This document shows positions 19,765-31,200 of a stretch of 64,000 nucleotides of DNA, in pieces. The stretch is from NCBI GenBank assembly GCA_963718615.1, contig OY970368.1, positions 352,001 to 416,000 of the forward strand, read 5' to 3'. The translations under genes were made by a program, and so were the position numbers. A model generated the notes under the pieces. The model had not been told where the DNA came from, searched no databases, and saw nothing but the letters and a program-made list of their open reading frames with translations. The first letter of the stretch is position 1, and the number at the start of each line of letters is the position of its first letter. This DNA is from an uncultured cyanobacterium. GTDB taxonomy: Bacteria; Cyanobacteriota; Cyanobacteriia; PCC-9006; JAAUQQ01.

Positions 19765-20604
19765 ATGAAATCTGCGGCGGTTCAGAATTTTTCTTTGTCG
19801 GTGATTGGGGCGATCGCAGCCCTGCTCTTACTCCTGGGAGCCAATGCCTTTGTGATCATCAACCCAGGCCAAGCGGGAGTCTTGAGTGTTTTGGGTAAAT
19901 CCCAGGATGGGGTCTTGCTCGAAGGGCTCCATGTCAAACCCCCGTTCGTGGGTCAGGTGGATGTGTACGATGTGACCGTGCAAAAGTTTGAGGTTCCAGC
20001 CCAAAGCTCAACGCGGGATTTGCAGGAGCTAACGGCCAGCTTTGCCATTAACTTTCGGCTCGATCCCGATCGCGTTGTCGAAATTCGCCGCAAACAGGGA
20101 AGTTTGCAAAATTTGGTCACCAAAGTCATCGCCCCCCAAACCCAGGAGGCGTTCAAAATTTCTGCCGCCCGCCGCACTGCTGAGGAGTCGATTACCCAAC
20201 GGGAAAAGCTGAAGGAAGATTTTGATATTACGTTGGGTCAGCGGTTGGAAAAATACGGCGTGTTGATTCTCGATACGAGCGTCATTGACCTAAGTTTTTC
20301 GACGGAATTTGCCCGCGCCGTGGAAGAAAAGCAAATCGCTGAACAGCGGGCGCAGCGAGCCGTTTACGTCGCCCAAGAAGCCCAGCAGGAAGCCCAAGCC
20401 GACATTAACCGCGCTCAAGGTAAAGCGGAAGCCCAGCGATTGTTGGCGGAAACGCTGAAGGCAGCGGGGGGTGAGTTGGTGTTGCAGAAGGAGGCGATCG
20501 AGGCTTGGCGCGAGGGTGGAGCCCAAATGCCAAAGGTGTTGGTCATGGGTAAGGACGGGGGCGCGGTGCCGTTTTTGTTTAATGTGGGCGAGATGGGAAA
20601 TTAA
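19765..20604 (+). CDS. Prohibitin/SPFH (band 7) family protein
   Basis: N-terminal TM; SSTRDLQ, FARAVEEKQIAEQRAQRA coiled coil. Confidence 0.92.
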   Translation: MKSAAVQNFSLSVIGAIAALLLLLGANAFVIINPGQAGVLSVLGKSQDGVLLEGLHVKPPFVGQVDVYDVTVQKFEVPAQSSTRDLQELTASFAINFRLDPDRVVEIRRKQGSLQNLVTKVIAPQTQEAFKISAARRTAEESITQREKLKEDFDITLGQRLEKYGVLILDTSVIDLSFSTEFARAVEEKQIAEQRAQRAVYVAQEAQQEAQADINRAQGKAEAQRLLAETLKAAGGELVLQKEAIEAWREGGAQMPKVLVMGKDGGAVPFLFNVGEMGN

Positions 20605-22954
20605 ACCTTGACGCTAACGTCGGTTGGGTTGCGCTTTGAGCTTGTTTGAGCGCGGCCTCAAGGGATTGCACCACCGCTGCTTTTTCCATTTCAGTCTGCT
20701 GCCCATACCGCCAACTAACATAGGTTCGTGAAATTGCTTCAGCAACACCATGCCATTCAGGGGAGGCTTGGGCTTGAACTTGGGCGGCGTATTCGTAGGG
20801 GGTTTGGCTGGGGGATTTGGGATGCCCTTGGGCAGCGAGGTTGGAAATCAGTTGTTGATACAAACGTTCAAGGGGGGGGAGTTGGGAGAGATAGTGGCGA
20901 TCGCGCCATCCCCGCCAGCCCATCCAACTTAGCCAACCCAAAAAGGCAAGTCCGACCAGAAGAATCAGGCCCACAAACAAGCCCACAATATCCCGACCCA
21001 GTAGGCCCAAAAGCCAGCCTAGCGCCCGTCCAAGGGTTTGCCCCAGAAAGGCAAATATCGTGTTTAAGCCATTGCGTAGGGGCGAAGGTAACCAGCCTGC
21101 GATCCATTGCCAAAACTTTTTAATCAGACCAAAGGCTGCACTTTCTTCCACAGAAGGGGGAAATAAATCATGACCGGGAATCGGGTCGAAGGCAAACCAG
21201 CCGTAGCCGGGGAAATACATTTCCGTAAGGGCATAGGCATCGGTGTTGCTCACAATATAGAGCCCGGTAAAGGGGTTGAATTGACCGGGGCCAAACCCCA
21301 CCGTGAGCCTTGCCGGGAAGCCCAAGCTCCGCAGCATCAGCGTCAGCGTGGTGGAAAAGTGGTCGGGATACCCCCCTTGATATTGAAACAAAAAGGCTTC
21401 GGCTAAATCGTCGTTCTCATTTAAAAAGGGCAAATTGGGCTGGACCGTGTAGCGCTGTTTAAGCAATTGGGTGAGATAAAGCGCTTTTTCGTAGGGGGAA
21501 GTCAGCGGCTTGGGAGCCGTTGCCAAGAGTTCTTCTGCTTTTTGGCGCAGTTTGGGGGCGATCGCCTCGGGCACTTCGGTATATCGCCGGGTTAGCAGCT
21601 TGGGATAGCCCTGAGAGGCCGCTGCCAGTTGGCTGCGATCGCGATAGGGCACCCGCGACACCACGGTATAGGTCAATCCTTCGCTGAGGGGAACGGGCGA
21701 TCGCAATCCTCCTTCCAAATCCAGCGCCACTTCCTGGGTGGGAAAGTAAAGCTGGGTCGGTTGATGCATGGCTGGGACGAGGTTAGGCAGGTCGCTGACG
21801 AGAGTGTAGGTTTGGATGACTTCACGGCTGCGGCCCCGGACGAGGGAGGGAATTTCAAAGCGATAGCTCCAGGGCGATCGCCGCAGGGTTTGGGTATCTT
21901 CGTTGCGGCTAATTTCCCAGCCCTGGCCGGTGTAGCGGTCAAAAGCCATCACCCGCCAAAAGCCTTCCACCTGGGACCGGACCCGCATGACCACCTTGGG
22001 CGTGAGCGAGCCCCGCAGGTTTTGGTTCATGACGGTGTTGAAGCCGTAGTAATAGTCTTCGTCAGCTTGTCCAGGCCCTTGGGTGGGGCTGCGTCCACGC
22101 CCCTGGACGGCCCTAGGATCGCCTTGCTCTGCACCTTCGAGCTCAGAATTATTGTTCGTGACGTAGCCCGGATTGAAAACCTGACGATTGTCAAATTTAC
22201 CCTGGACATCAATGGGAGCACTGACGGGAAACGTACGCAGTTGATACCCCGGCAGCCGAGGCAAACCGGCAAAGATGGTCAAACCTAAGGCGGCCACGCA
22301 AACTAAGACTAATCCGAGGCGGCGGGGGGCTAAATCCGGTGCGAGTTTGAGGGCGGCAAAGCTGTTCCAGCGGGGATTAGAGGTTGAGTGAGAGGTTGAT
22401 TCGGGGGTGAGACCGAGGCGGGAGCAGTAGTCGAGAACGAGGACCGGCAGGGCGATCGCCAAAAACAAAAACAAAAACACCCCGAACGTCAGCGTCTGGC
22501 TCAGGGTCGCCGCAGATCCCACTAGGATGAGGCCAATCATCATCGAATAGCCCAAATCCTTGCGGCGAGGCAAATCGAAGCTATGCAGCACCTGCAACTG
22601 AATCAACAGTTCGACCAGCACTAGTCGCGTATCGTAGCTGCGGCTGAGCAGATTGGTGAAAAAATAGGCCAGCGCCACGAGCATCCCCAGAGCAATGCCA
22701 AATTTGAGGGCAATGTTGCGCTGATGGCGGCGAAAATAGCTGACGCTGGCTCCGGCAAAGCTGAGGGGCACGGCCCAGCCAATTAGGTTGAGACGATCAG
22801 TTACATCCGCAGCGGCAATGTCGGTGGCGATGATGCCGACGGTAACCAAAAGCTGCACGAGCACCCGTAGGGCGATCGAATCTTCTGTCTGGAGTTTGGG
22901 GCGGGATTGGAGGCGTGTCTGGAGGCGATCGCTTATCTGGGCCAGCATAGGCAA
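20579..22954 (-). CDS. TgpA-like membrane protein (DUF3488 + transglutaminase-like + DUF4129)
   Basis: Multi-TM N-terminus; FWRVMAFDRYTGQGW; LRSLGFPARLTVGF; YFPGYGWFAFDP; C-terminal SQTPYEYA. Confidence 0.88.
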   Translation of the reverse strand: MPMLAQISDRLQTRLQSRPKLQTEDSIALRVLVQLLVTVGIIATDIAAADVTDRLNLIGWAVPLSFAGASVSYFRRHQRNIALKFGIALGMLVALAYFFTNLLSRSYDTRLVLVELLIQLQVLHSFDLPRRKDLGYSMMIGLILVGSAATLSQTLTFGVFLFLFLAIALPVLVLDYCSRLGLTPESTSHSTSNPRWNSFAALKLAPDLAPRRLGLVLVCVAALGLTIFAGLPRLPGYQLRTFPVSAPIDVQGKFDNRQVFNPGYVTNNNSELEGAEQGDPRAVQGRGRSPTQGPGQADEDYYYGFNTVMNQNLRGSLTPKVVMRVRSQVEGFWRVMAFDRYTGQGWEISRNEDTQTLRRSPWSYRFEIPSLVRGRSREVIQTYTLVSDLPNLVPAMHQPTQLYFPTQEVALDLEGGLRSPVPLSEGLTYTVVSRVPYRDRSQLAAASQGYPKLLTRRYTEVPEAIAPKLRQKAEELLATAPKPLTSPYEKALYLTQLLKQRYTVQPNLPFLNENDDLAEAFLFQYQGGYPDHFSTTLTLMLRSLGFPARLTVGFGPGQFNPFTGLYIVSNTDAYALTEMYFPGYGWFAFDPIPGHDLFPPSVEESAAFGLIKKFWQWIAGWLPSPLRNGLNTIFAFLGQTLGRALGWLLGLLGRDIVGLFVGLILLVGLAFLGWLSWMGWRGWRDRHYLSQLPPLERLYQQLISNLAAQGHPKSPSQTPYEYAAQVQAQASPEWHGVAEAISRTYVSWRYGQQTEMEKAAVVQSLEAALKQAQSATQPTLASRFNFPSRPH

Positions 22955-23036
22955 ACGATTAGGGGAGAGCCTGCGTTTCCATTGTGCCCGAGGTCAGGCG
23001 GCTTGGGGAAATCGAACGGCACTGCGCAGGCCACCC

Positions 23037-24071
23037 TTACCGATCAATTTTGGCCATTGCCCCCCCAAAGGCAAAGTCTTGAACCATAGGGCTCTGCAAA
23101 AAATCATGGGGAAATCCCAACGTAATCGCGCTCACCTCATCCAGCTTTTGCAGCTGCTCCTCCGAGAGCGAAAACTCCACACAGGCCAAATTATCCTGAA
23201 CCTGGGCCAGTCGACGCGCACCAATAATTGGAATTGTGTGGCGATTTTTCTGTCGGATCCAATTGAGGGCGACTTGGGCGGGCGATCGCTCCAAAATATC
23301 CGCCACCTCCATCACCACATCCGCAATTTGCAAATCCCGCTCCGTAATCCGTCCCGCACTCTCCTCCCGTGCCAGCCGCCCCGTTTCTTCATGCTCCTCC
23401 GGCGGCATGTTGTATTTGCCCGTTAGCACACCGCCCCCCAAAGGACTCCAGGCTGTAACCCCCAGCCCAAACGCATCAGCCATGGGCAACAGATCCCGCT
23501 CCGCCGTCCGTTCCTTCAGAGAATATTCAATCTGTAAGCCAATAAACGGCGTCCAGCCTCGCAACATCGCCAGCGTATTGGCCTGGGACACCACCCAAGC
23601 GGGCGTATCCGAAACCCCAACGTAAAGCACCTTGCCCTGACGCACCAGATCATCCAGCGCCCGCATCACCTCTTCCACCGGCGTCAAACCATCCCAGGCA
23701 TGGAGCCAAAGCAGATCAAGATAATCGAGGTTCAGGCGCTGGAGGCTCGCATCAACCGATTGGACGAGGTTTTTGCGATCGTTCCCCCCTGCATTGATGT
23801 GGCCCTGGCCGGTGTTGAGGCTGTATTTGGTCGCGACGACCCAGCGATCGCGCTCCCCCGCCACAAATTTCCCCACCATCCGCTCACTAGAACCATTGGT
23901 ATAGAGATTCGCCGTATCGATAAAGTTTCCCCCGGCCTCCGCGAAGGCATCGAAAATTTGTCGACTTTCCGCCTCGGCTGCTCCCCAGCCCCAATCTTCG
24001 CCAAACGTCATCGTACCTAGACAGAGTTCCGAAACGCGCAGGCCGCTGGGTCCGAGGAGTTTGTATCGCAT
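23037..24071 (-). CDS. Aldo/keto reductase
   Basis: MRYKLLGPSGLRVSELCLGTMTFG, FIDTANLY, ATKY, LDLLWLH, WSPLGGG. Confidence 0.95.
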   Translation of the reverse strand: MRYKLLGPSGLRVSELCLGTMTFGEDWGWGAAEAESRQIFDAFAEAGGNFIDTANLYTNGSSERMVGKFVAGERDRWVVATKYSLNTGQGHINAGGNDRKNLVQSVDASLQRLNLDYLDLLWLHAWDGLTPVEEVMRALDDLVRQGKVLYVGVSDTPAWVVSQANTLAMLRGWTPFIGLQIEYSLKERTAERDLLPMADAFGLGVTAWSPLGGGVLTGKYNMPPEEHEETGRLAREESAGRITERDLQIADVVMEVADILERSPAQVALNWIRQKNRHTIPIIGARRLAQVQDNLACVEFSLSEEQLQKLDEVSAITLGFPHDFLQSPMVQDFAFGGAMAKIDR

Positions 24072-24167
24072 GGGTTGCAGGGATAAATGACGAAAACAGA
24101 GCCGAACGGCAAAACCATCTGCACTGTAAAGCCAGACTTTGAGAAGGGGAAGACCCCAGGACCACAT

Positions 24168-24364
24168 TTAAAGGACCGATAGAAGCTCGAAACCCGTGTC
24201 TATGTCAAGAAGTAAAAAGAAACATTAAGTAGAACGGGCCTGGGACACCGAGCTTGATATCGTAGTTGTTGTTACGGTTTGTCGGGTGCAATCTTCCGGG
24301 TCCTGATGTCGCTGGGAGACCCCATAACCGAATAGGGTCAGCTTATATAAAGACCTTACCTTTA
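24168..24364 (-). ncRNA. ssrS: 6S RNA
   Basis: Minus strand has CCGGAAGATTGCACC..CAAACCGTAACAACAA..CTCGGTGTCCCAGGCCCGTTC, matching my recollection of cyanobacterial 6S; the ends pair (AAGCT/AGCTT, TAAAGG/CCTTTA) into a rod of about 190 nt. Ends and strand are approximate. Confidence 0.72.
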
Positions 24365-24815
24365 CAAACCCCGCGTTATAAATCAACGGAGCTGCGCCTG
24401 CTCCTGCGGAAAACTAAGCGTCATTGCTATTCACAAGCTAACGAAATTAGCCCCGTTGGGTTGATTTTTCAGGTTTGTTGGATGGTGTATCTTGTTATCT
24501 AGTGCTGTGCCGTTTGTAACAGCAAAACCTGCAACAAGCGCTACAGTGCGGTTTTAACCCCAACCACCAGGCACCGCTCGAAGCTGCGAGAACAGCCTCA
24601 AGCGGCTAAGCCCCAAACTGAGTAGACCAGTTCAGAGGCTAAGAGTGAATTGTATCACTTTGTAACGCTTCTGCCCGCTTCGCTTGGGACGCGCTATGGA
24701 GGTTGGGGTTTCTACTTGAACGTGTTAATGAGTATTTTTGCCTAGTTTTCGCTCTATTTCCGCGATTTGGGCCAGTCTTAGGAATTTGGTTTTGTCGTTT
24801 AGCTTCATCAAAACT

Positions 24816-26912
24816 TCACCAAACCCGCCAGTCTTCCCAAGATTCGTTAAAGATGGAGGTGTTGGGAAAGGCAGTGGGGTTGCCTTGGCGGTTGAGGCGA
24901 TCGCGCAATTTCCGCAGCAAAGGCTCATCCCTCGGCAAATCATCCACCATCTCGTAGGGCTTGGTCCCCGTTTCCAAGGCCAAGTCGATCGTCACCCCCG
25001 CCGCTGCCCCCGCCGACCACTCGAAGGAATGGACCCGATAGGCCGCTGCTGCAATGTGGCTAGTGGCGATACTTTTGCCTGCGACTAACAAATTATCAAG
25101 CTTCTGGGGAATCATCGCCCGCAGGGGAATCTGGGCCGGGTAGGCTTGGCCATGGCCCTGACGGGTGCCGGGACGTTCGATGTTACCGGGTTTTTCGGAG
25201 GGAGATTGCTCCATGCAGGGGTGGAAGTCAATGGCATATTGGGCGATACCCACGGCATCGGGATAAATCGTTGAGCGGGTGCGCCGCTGGATCTGGTCCA
25301 CCGGAATTTTGCCGCTAATGGCCGCCGCTGCTTCCAATCCGGCCAAGGCATTCCAGAGATGGCGGTAAGTTTGGATCGAGAGATTTTCTTTGTAGAAATC
25401 GGCCCGGAAATCCTGGCGCGAAATATCTAACTCAGAAATACTAAAGCCCTCGCGGTAGGCGTAGGACGGACGGCCAATAATGCGACGCCCTTCGCGGATG
25501 TAGGGATATTTGGACAAACCGTGAACCGTACCCATGGGCGAATCCAAACCGCTGAGTAATTGATGATTGGGATAGGGTTTTTTCAACGCCGCGTCACCTT
25601 GGGAATTGGTTGTACCGCTGGTCAGCCAGTGATAAAAGCCCAAGGATTGCTCTTCTCCGGCCCGGAGCGTCTCGGTTCGCAGACCGCCAAGCCAGCCGCC
25701 GGGCTGGAGCTGTCCCGTTTGGGCCAATTGTTCAGGGGTATAAACCAAATTGTCCTGAGCTGTGCCGGGTCGGTAGTCATTGCCCCAAACCCAGTTTTGC
25801 ATCGAGATATCCCCTGGCTGGGGCAGACCCACATTGAATTTAGGGACTTTTTGCGTCCGTTGCGCCCCGCCCGGTGCCCAGATGCGACGGTAGGTAAAGA
25901 CCGCGTCGAAGTCCGAGAGGTTGGGATTTTTGTCGTAACCGTAGTAGGCCGCGTAGCGATCGTAAAAGCTAGGTTTTAGCTGGGGTTGAGCCTCGGCAGT
26001 TCGCTCCATGGCGAAGGTGTAGGTAAACCCCTGAGTACAGTAGGGATCGCCTGTGGTGCTGGCAGAAGAGGGATTGAGAGAGGAGCGGGGGTCGATGCCA
26101 AGGCGGTAGGGGACCTGGGCGATCGCAATCAATTCTCCTGTTTCTGTTGCGTCCACAACGTACCAGTCCTGCTTCACCAAGACTGTCTTTTGCTCTTGCT
26201 TTTGTTTTCTCGGTTGTGGCACGAACTGGATCGTCGTTTTGCTCAACCGGGTCGAGTCTTCATAGCGATAGATATCTTCGAGGGTTTGGGATAAAGGCTC
26301 GGTATTGAGCGGCTGGCCATTGGCCGAGCGGTGCTGGATGGCGATCGCCCCTTCAATCAGCTTGCCATCGGTTCCAATCTGCAAATCCTTAATCACCGTA
26401 TGGGGAAACCATTTGAGTTTGCCCTTGCCTTGCTTCTCCGCCCGTTTGAGCTGGGACCAGAGTTCTACATGGGCATCGTTGGGTAAAAAGCAGGAGACAC
26501 TCACCCAGCAGTTACCGGGATTGAGGGTGCCGTAGTGTTTTTCGATGCGATCGCGCAGTTCGTTATAGCCTCGGGCGTAGTATTGGAGCGATCGCTGCTT
26601 TTTGGCTTCGTCCAGCGCTGACGTTCCCTGAGCTGAAATCTGGCCCCCCACCCAGTCGGTGATTTCGGTGAGGCAAACGGTGCGACCGGCGAGCAACGAT
26701 TCGTAGGCCGTGGCGGCACCGGCTAGTCCGCCCCCGGCCACGAGAACTTCGCAGGTTTCGGTTTTTTCTGGAGTGGGCACAGCAGAGGGTTGGGTTTGGG
26801 CGATCGCGCCAGTCCCCAGCCCCCCCATGCCAACTGCCTGACCCAGTAGCAAACTGAGAAGACTGAAGGCCTGACTCCTTTTGAAACGTGAGCGATTGTT
26901 TAAAGTAACCAT
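24816..26912 (-). CDS. Secreted FAD-dependent oxidoreductase
   Basis: Signal-like N-terminus; VLVAGGGLAG, WVGGQISAQG, DATETGE, YPYIREGRR, QIPLRAMIP. Confidence 0.88.
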   Translation of the reverse strand: MVTLNNRSRFKRSQAFSLLSLLLGQAVGMGGLGTGAIAQTQPSAVPTPEKTETCEVLVAGGGLAGAATAYESLLAGRTVCLTEITDWVGGQISAQGTSALDEAKKQRSLQYYARGYNELRDRIEKHYGTLNPGNCWVSVSCFLPNDAHVELWSQLKRAEKQGKGKLKWFPHTVIKDLQIGTDGKLIEGAIAIQHRSANGQPLNTEPLSQTLEDIYRYEDSTRLSKTTIQFVPQPRKQKQEQKTVLVKQDWYVVDATETGELIAIAQVPYRLGIDPRSSLNPSSASTTGDPYCTQGFTYTFAMERTAEAQPQLKPSFYDRYAAYYGYDKNPNLSDFDAVFTYRRIWAPGGAQRTQKVPKFNVGLPQPGDISMQNWVWGNDYRPGTAQDNLVYTPEQLAQTGQLQPGGWLGGLRTETLRAGEEQSLGFYHWLTSGTTNSQGDAALKKPYPNHQLLSGLDSPMGTVHGLSKYPYIREGRRIIGRPSYAYREGFSISELDISRQDFRADFYKENLSIQTYRHLWNALAGLEAAAAISGKIPVDQIQRRTRSTIYPDAVGIAQYAIDFHPCMEQSPSEKPGNIERPGTRQGHGQAYPAQIPLRAMIPQKLDNLLVAGKSIATSHIAAAAYRVHSFEWSAGAAAGVTIDLALETGTKPYEMVDDLPRDEPLLRKLRDRLNRQGNPTAFPNTSIFNESWEDWRVW

Positions 26913-27186
26913 AGAACGTTGCGATTCCCTGTGCAGTCCATCACCGTGCTAGCGCGCGATCGCGGTTTTGCTAGCTCCGTTGTCCTCTAGAGACGGGAAT
27001 CTGTCGAGATTGTGTCCAGAACTGTGAGGGTTGGGGCAGTGACCCCCTTGCCAATGCAAACTGACAAACCTAGCGCAGGCGATCGCACTGTCGCTGCGGT
27101 ATTGCGGCTGAAGAGAAAGCGCTTGCAGCATCGGTAACCATGCCTGAGCTCAGGGCAAAAGGTTGTGCGGGCATGATCGTGTTGTT

Positions 27187-27900
27187 TTATTCGGGCAGAT
27201 TGCTCGGGTCAAAGCCCTGGGATCGCAAAAACGCCTCCAACCGTTCCTTTTGCTGACGCTCTTGCTCCGCTCGCTGACGCTCTTGCTCTGCCAAACTCAA
27301 GCGGCGATCGCCCCCCTCCCCATACCAAGTCAAAATTTCCTGAGACAATCCACCCACCTCACCGGGGTACCGCCCAATCCCCAAACCCACCTCCGGCATC
27401 CAAAACGGTTCGCCAATCTGAAGCCGATACTGACCCGCTTCTAGCCGATACAGCTCAAAGGGTTGATGCCGGTCCCGCTGCCAAAACTCCGGATTGTAGA
27501 CCAGGTAATACAACACACCCAAGTTGGCGTAAATCACCATCTTCTCGTCATACTCCCCACCCGGACGATGGGAGACCATCTCCAATACCCAAATCGGTAC
27601 CCTGTCGTTTTCTTCCCAAGTGGCATAGCTGCGACGGGTTTGGCCATTTTTGCGACGCTCCACCCCCAGACTCAGAAACGCATCTGGCACCACCGGTACC
27701 TTCGGACTCACGCCAGTGGTGTGATACACCGCCATATCCACGCCAAAGAACCAATCCATCCGCGCCGCCCAAAGGTCCGTCAGTAAGAGCAGCAGCAGAT
27801 TTGGCAACAGATTCTGAGTTTCGTTATCCACAGGCGTATCGTCCGAACAGGGCAGGTCGGCAGTGCTGGGCAATTGATGGAGGAGCGGTTTCGAGATCAT
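27187..27900 (-). CDS. Uma2 family (DUF820) PD-(D/E)XK endonuclease-like protein
   Basis: LPCSDDTPVDNE, VVPDAFL, WVLEMVS, YDEKMVIYA; AEQERQR repeat tail. Confidence 0.92.
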   Translation of the reverse strand: MISKPLLHQLPSTADLPCSDDTPVDNETQNLLPNLLLLLLTDLWAARMDWFFGVDMAVYHTTGVSPKVPVVPDAFLSLGVERRKNGQTRRSYATWEENDRVPIWVLEMVSHRPGGEYDEKMVIYANLGVLYYLVYNPEFWQRDRHQPFELYRLEAGQYRLQIGEPFWMPEVGLGIGRYPGEVGGLSQEILTWYGEGGDRRLSLAEQERQRAEQERQQKERLEAFLRSQGFDPSNLPE

Positions 27901-28082
27901 CGGAAGTATCCGAGCGACTACCTTGATTGTAATTGACTCCCTCCGGCAGTTGTCTCGATGCATCTGCCTAGCATCCACTTTGTTTTTTGACGATCGCTAG
28001 CAGGTTGCGGGAATGAGACGGGGTCTGGGATTGACGGTGTTTCAGATGGCGGCAAGCCAGTTCTGAAATCTATCCGTGACTC

Positions 28083-29192
<1,110 letters not shown>

Positions 29193-29294
29193 GGCATTCC
29201 TCAGTGCTACAAGGGACTATCGGTGAGGTAAACCAGGATTATTAGGCAGATGGATCGATGTCTTACTTAATAAGTTTTAAAAGACCGGTGAGCC

Positions 29295-29653
29295 CTAGTG
29301 GTAAAGCCTGGAAGGAAGCAGCTAGCTACGAGGTCTGAAGCCTTGGAATTACCACTGAAAGGGCTTGGCCATGGTGCGATTGAAATAGTCGATGAACTGA
29401 AGGATTTGCCGCCTGAGGTCATCGGTGGAGGTGAAATTGCCCCAGCGAAGCAATCGGCGGACCAAGATGCTGAACCAACACTCTATCTGATTCAACCAGG
29501 AGGTGTGCTTGGGAATGTAAACAAACCGAATGCGATGAGTCGGGTCACTCAAAAAAGCTGCCCGACTCTCCATGGATGCAAGAATGCCCAATTGACCTTT
29601 CATGCCCAAGTCATCCTCAAGCTCACAGCAAGCCGCCACCAGTCGGACCAATG
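29295..29653 (-). mobile_element. IS630-family transposase 3' fragment (pseudogene)
   Basis: RIRFVYIPKHTSWLNQIECWFSILVRRLL..FIDYFNRTMAKPFQW*; 5' part absent; apparent premature TAA. Confidence 0.85.
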
Positions 29654-29688
29654 ACAATCCAAAATCGCCAATCCGAAATCCAAAATCG
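29654..29688. repeat. STRR-like heptamer repeat, 5 copies
   Basis: ACAATCC AAAATCG CCAATCC GAAATCC AAAATCG at the IS relic junction. Confidence 0.8.
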
Positions 29689-29803
29689 CTATCTGCCACT
29701 GCTGTTCCCAGGATTGGGCAATGCTTTGGGAGCTATCGAGCCCTTGTTGGAGGATCTGGGTTGCGCCCGTGACGGCTAGCCAGAGGAGAGGTGGAGAGGT
29801 CAT
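29689..29803 (-). pseudogene. N-terminal stub resembling a cyanobacterial plasmid conjugation-cluster membrane protein
   Basis: MTSPPLLWLAVTGATQILQQGLDSSQSIAQSWEQQW, cut off by the STRR and IS relic; similarity is from memory only. Confidence 0.4.
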
Positions 29804-29866
29804 GGGAAACTCGCAGAGGGATATCGCCTCAGGCTAGGAAGCGGATATGACTGGGAGATGGAAGAA

Positions 29867-30280
29867 TTAGGGGAGTTCAAGGGCACGCTCGACAAGTTCT
29901 GCCAGTAAACCTTCACGATCGCTCACCGCACGAGTCACGAGTTCGGCAGGCACAGAGCCCGAAGTATGTTTACTTCCCCAAACCATTAAATCAACCAGTA
30001 CCGGAATCAGCTCCAGACCACTCTCGGTGGGAACATATCGACGACTACGCCTATCGCGGGGATCTCTTCGCCGCTCCAAAACGCCTGCTTCGATCAATCG
30101 CTCCAGTCGATCGGTCAGGGTATTCGTTGCGATGCCTTCGTCAGCGGCAATTTCTGAGAACGTGCGGCGCTGACCCAACAGCACATCGCGCAGCACCACC
30201 AGCGTCCATCGGTCTCCTAATAGATCTAGAGCGCAGGCAATCGGGCAGTTTGAGCGCGGCATGTCTTTGCCAGACGGCAT
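29867..30280 (-). CDS. HxlR/DUF24 family winged-helix regulator
   Basis: RSNCPIACALDLLGDRWTLVVLRD, EGIATNTLTDRL, YVPTESGLEL..WG; N-terminal Cys. Confidence 0.92.
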   Translation of the reverse strand: MPSGKDMPRSNCPIACALDLLGDRWTLVVLRDVLLGQRRTFSEIAADEGIATNTLTDRLERLIEAGVLERRRDPRDRRSRRYVPTESGLELIPVLVDLMVWGSKHTSGSVPAELVTRAVSDREGLLAELVERALELP

Positions 30281-30320
30281 AAATCGATGATCGCAGACAG
30301 TTCAAGAGCTCTAAATTATA

Positions 30321-30386
30321 GCTTGCATTTTGCTAGCCAAAAAGTTACTCTTATTTCGCAAGTTAAATCACTTGTGTTTTGCAAGC
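30321..30386. promoter_or_regulatory. Three candidate operators RCTTGC-N5-GCAAGY
   Basis: GCTTGC-ATTTT-GCTAGC (30321), ACTCTT-ATTTC-GCAAGT (30347), ACTTGT-GTTTT-GCAAGC (30370). Confidence 0.65.
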
Positions 30387-30422
30387 TAACCAGGCTGGCC
30401 ATGACTGGCTGAGGAACTATCC

Positions 30423-31157
30423 ATGGATATCAACGGAAAGCGCATCGTCATCACGGGCGGCGGTTCAGGGATTGGGTTAGCGATGGCGCGATCGCTCGCC
30501 GCTAAAGGTGCCCACGTGGTGATCACGGGCCGCAATCAGACGAAGCTAGCGGCTGCGACAACCAATCATCCGAATATTTCGTCCCAGGTCTGCGATGTGG
30601 CTGACGAGGCGGCTGTTGTTGCCCTGCGCGACGCTATGGATGCAGCTGGCGGCACGGATATGTTGGTCAACAATGCCGGGATCATGCACGCGTTTGATGT
30701 CACCCAGGGTTTCCCGCTGGAGAAACAGCTGCAGGAAATCGACATCGATGTGTCAGGCCCGGTGCGCCTGGTTCACCACTTTTTACCGGGGATGCTGAAA
30801 CGCGAGTCGGTGATTGTCAACGTCAGCTCCGGCTTAGCCTACGTTCCCTATGCTGCGGCCCCGGTTTACAGCGCGAGCAAAGCATTTTTGCACTCGTACA
30901 CCCAAAGCCTGCGATCGCAACTTGCGAATACTTCTGTTCGGGTGGTAGAGCTGTTGCCGCCGGTCGTCGATACTCCATTGGCGGCTGACCTCGATCCGTC
31001 ATTCCCCCGCATATCGCCTGAAAAGTTAGTCGCAGCCCTGATCAAAGGACTTAAAAACAATACTGACGAAATCACTCCCGGTCAGTCGGCACAGCTGAAG
31101 CTAATGAGTCGCCTAGCGCCAGGATTCCTCTTTCAACAAATGAATAAGAACGCCTAG
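30423..31157 (+). CDS. Short-chain dehydrogenase (DltE-like)
   Basis: ITGGGSGIG, VNNAG, NVSSGL, YSASK. Confidence 0.93.
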   Translation: MDINGKRIVITGGGSGIGLAMARSLAAKGAHVVITGRNQTKLAAATTNHPNISSQVCDVADEAAVVALRDAMDAAGGTDMLVNNAGIMHAFDVTQGFPLEKQLQEIDIDVSGPVRLVHHFLPGMLKRESVIVNVSSGLAYVPYAAAPVYSASKAFLHSYTQSLRSQLANTSVRVVELLPPVVDTPLAADLDPSFPRISPEKLVAALIKGLKNNTDEITPGQSAQLKLMSRLAPGFLFQQMNKNA

Positions 31158-31200
31158 AGATAACGCTCCCATTACTTAAGCATGGAGATAGCAAATCATC

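Noticed and set aside
24370-24580. tmRNA or tRNA (GGGGCT.. and CCACCA motifs)
   Set aside because: The motifs are on opposite strands; no T-arm GTTCRA or tag reading frame.
24651-24667. NtcA-like GTA..AAC site
   Set aside because: Spacing does not fit GTA-N8-TAC.
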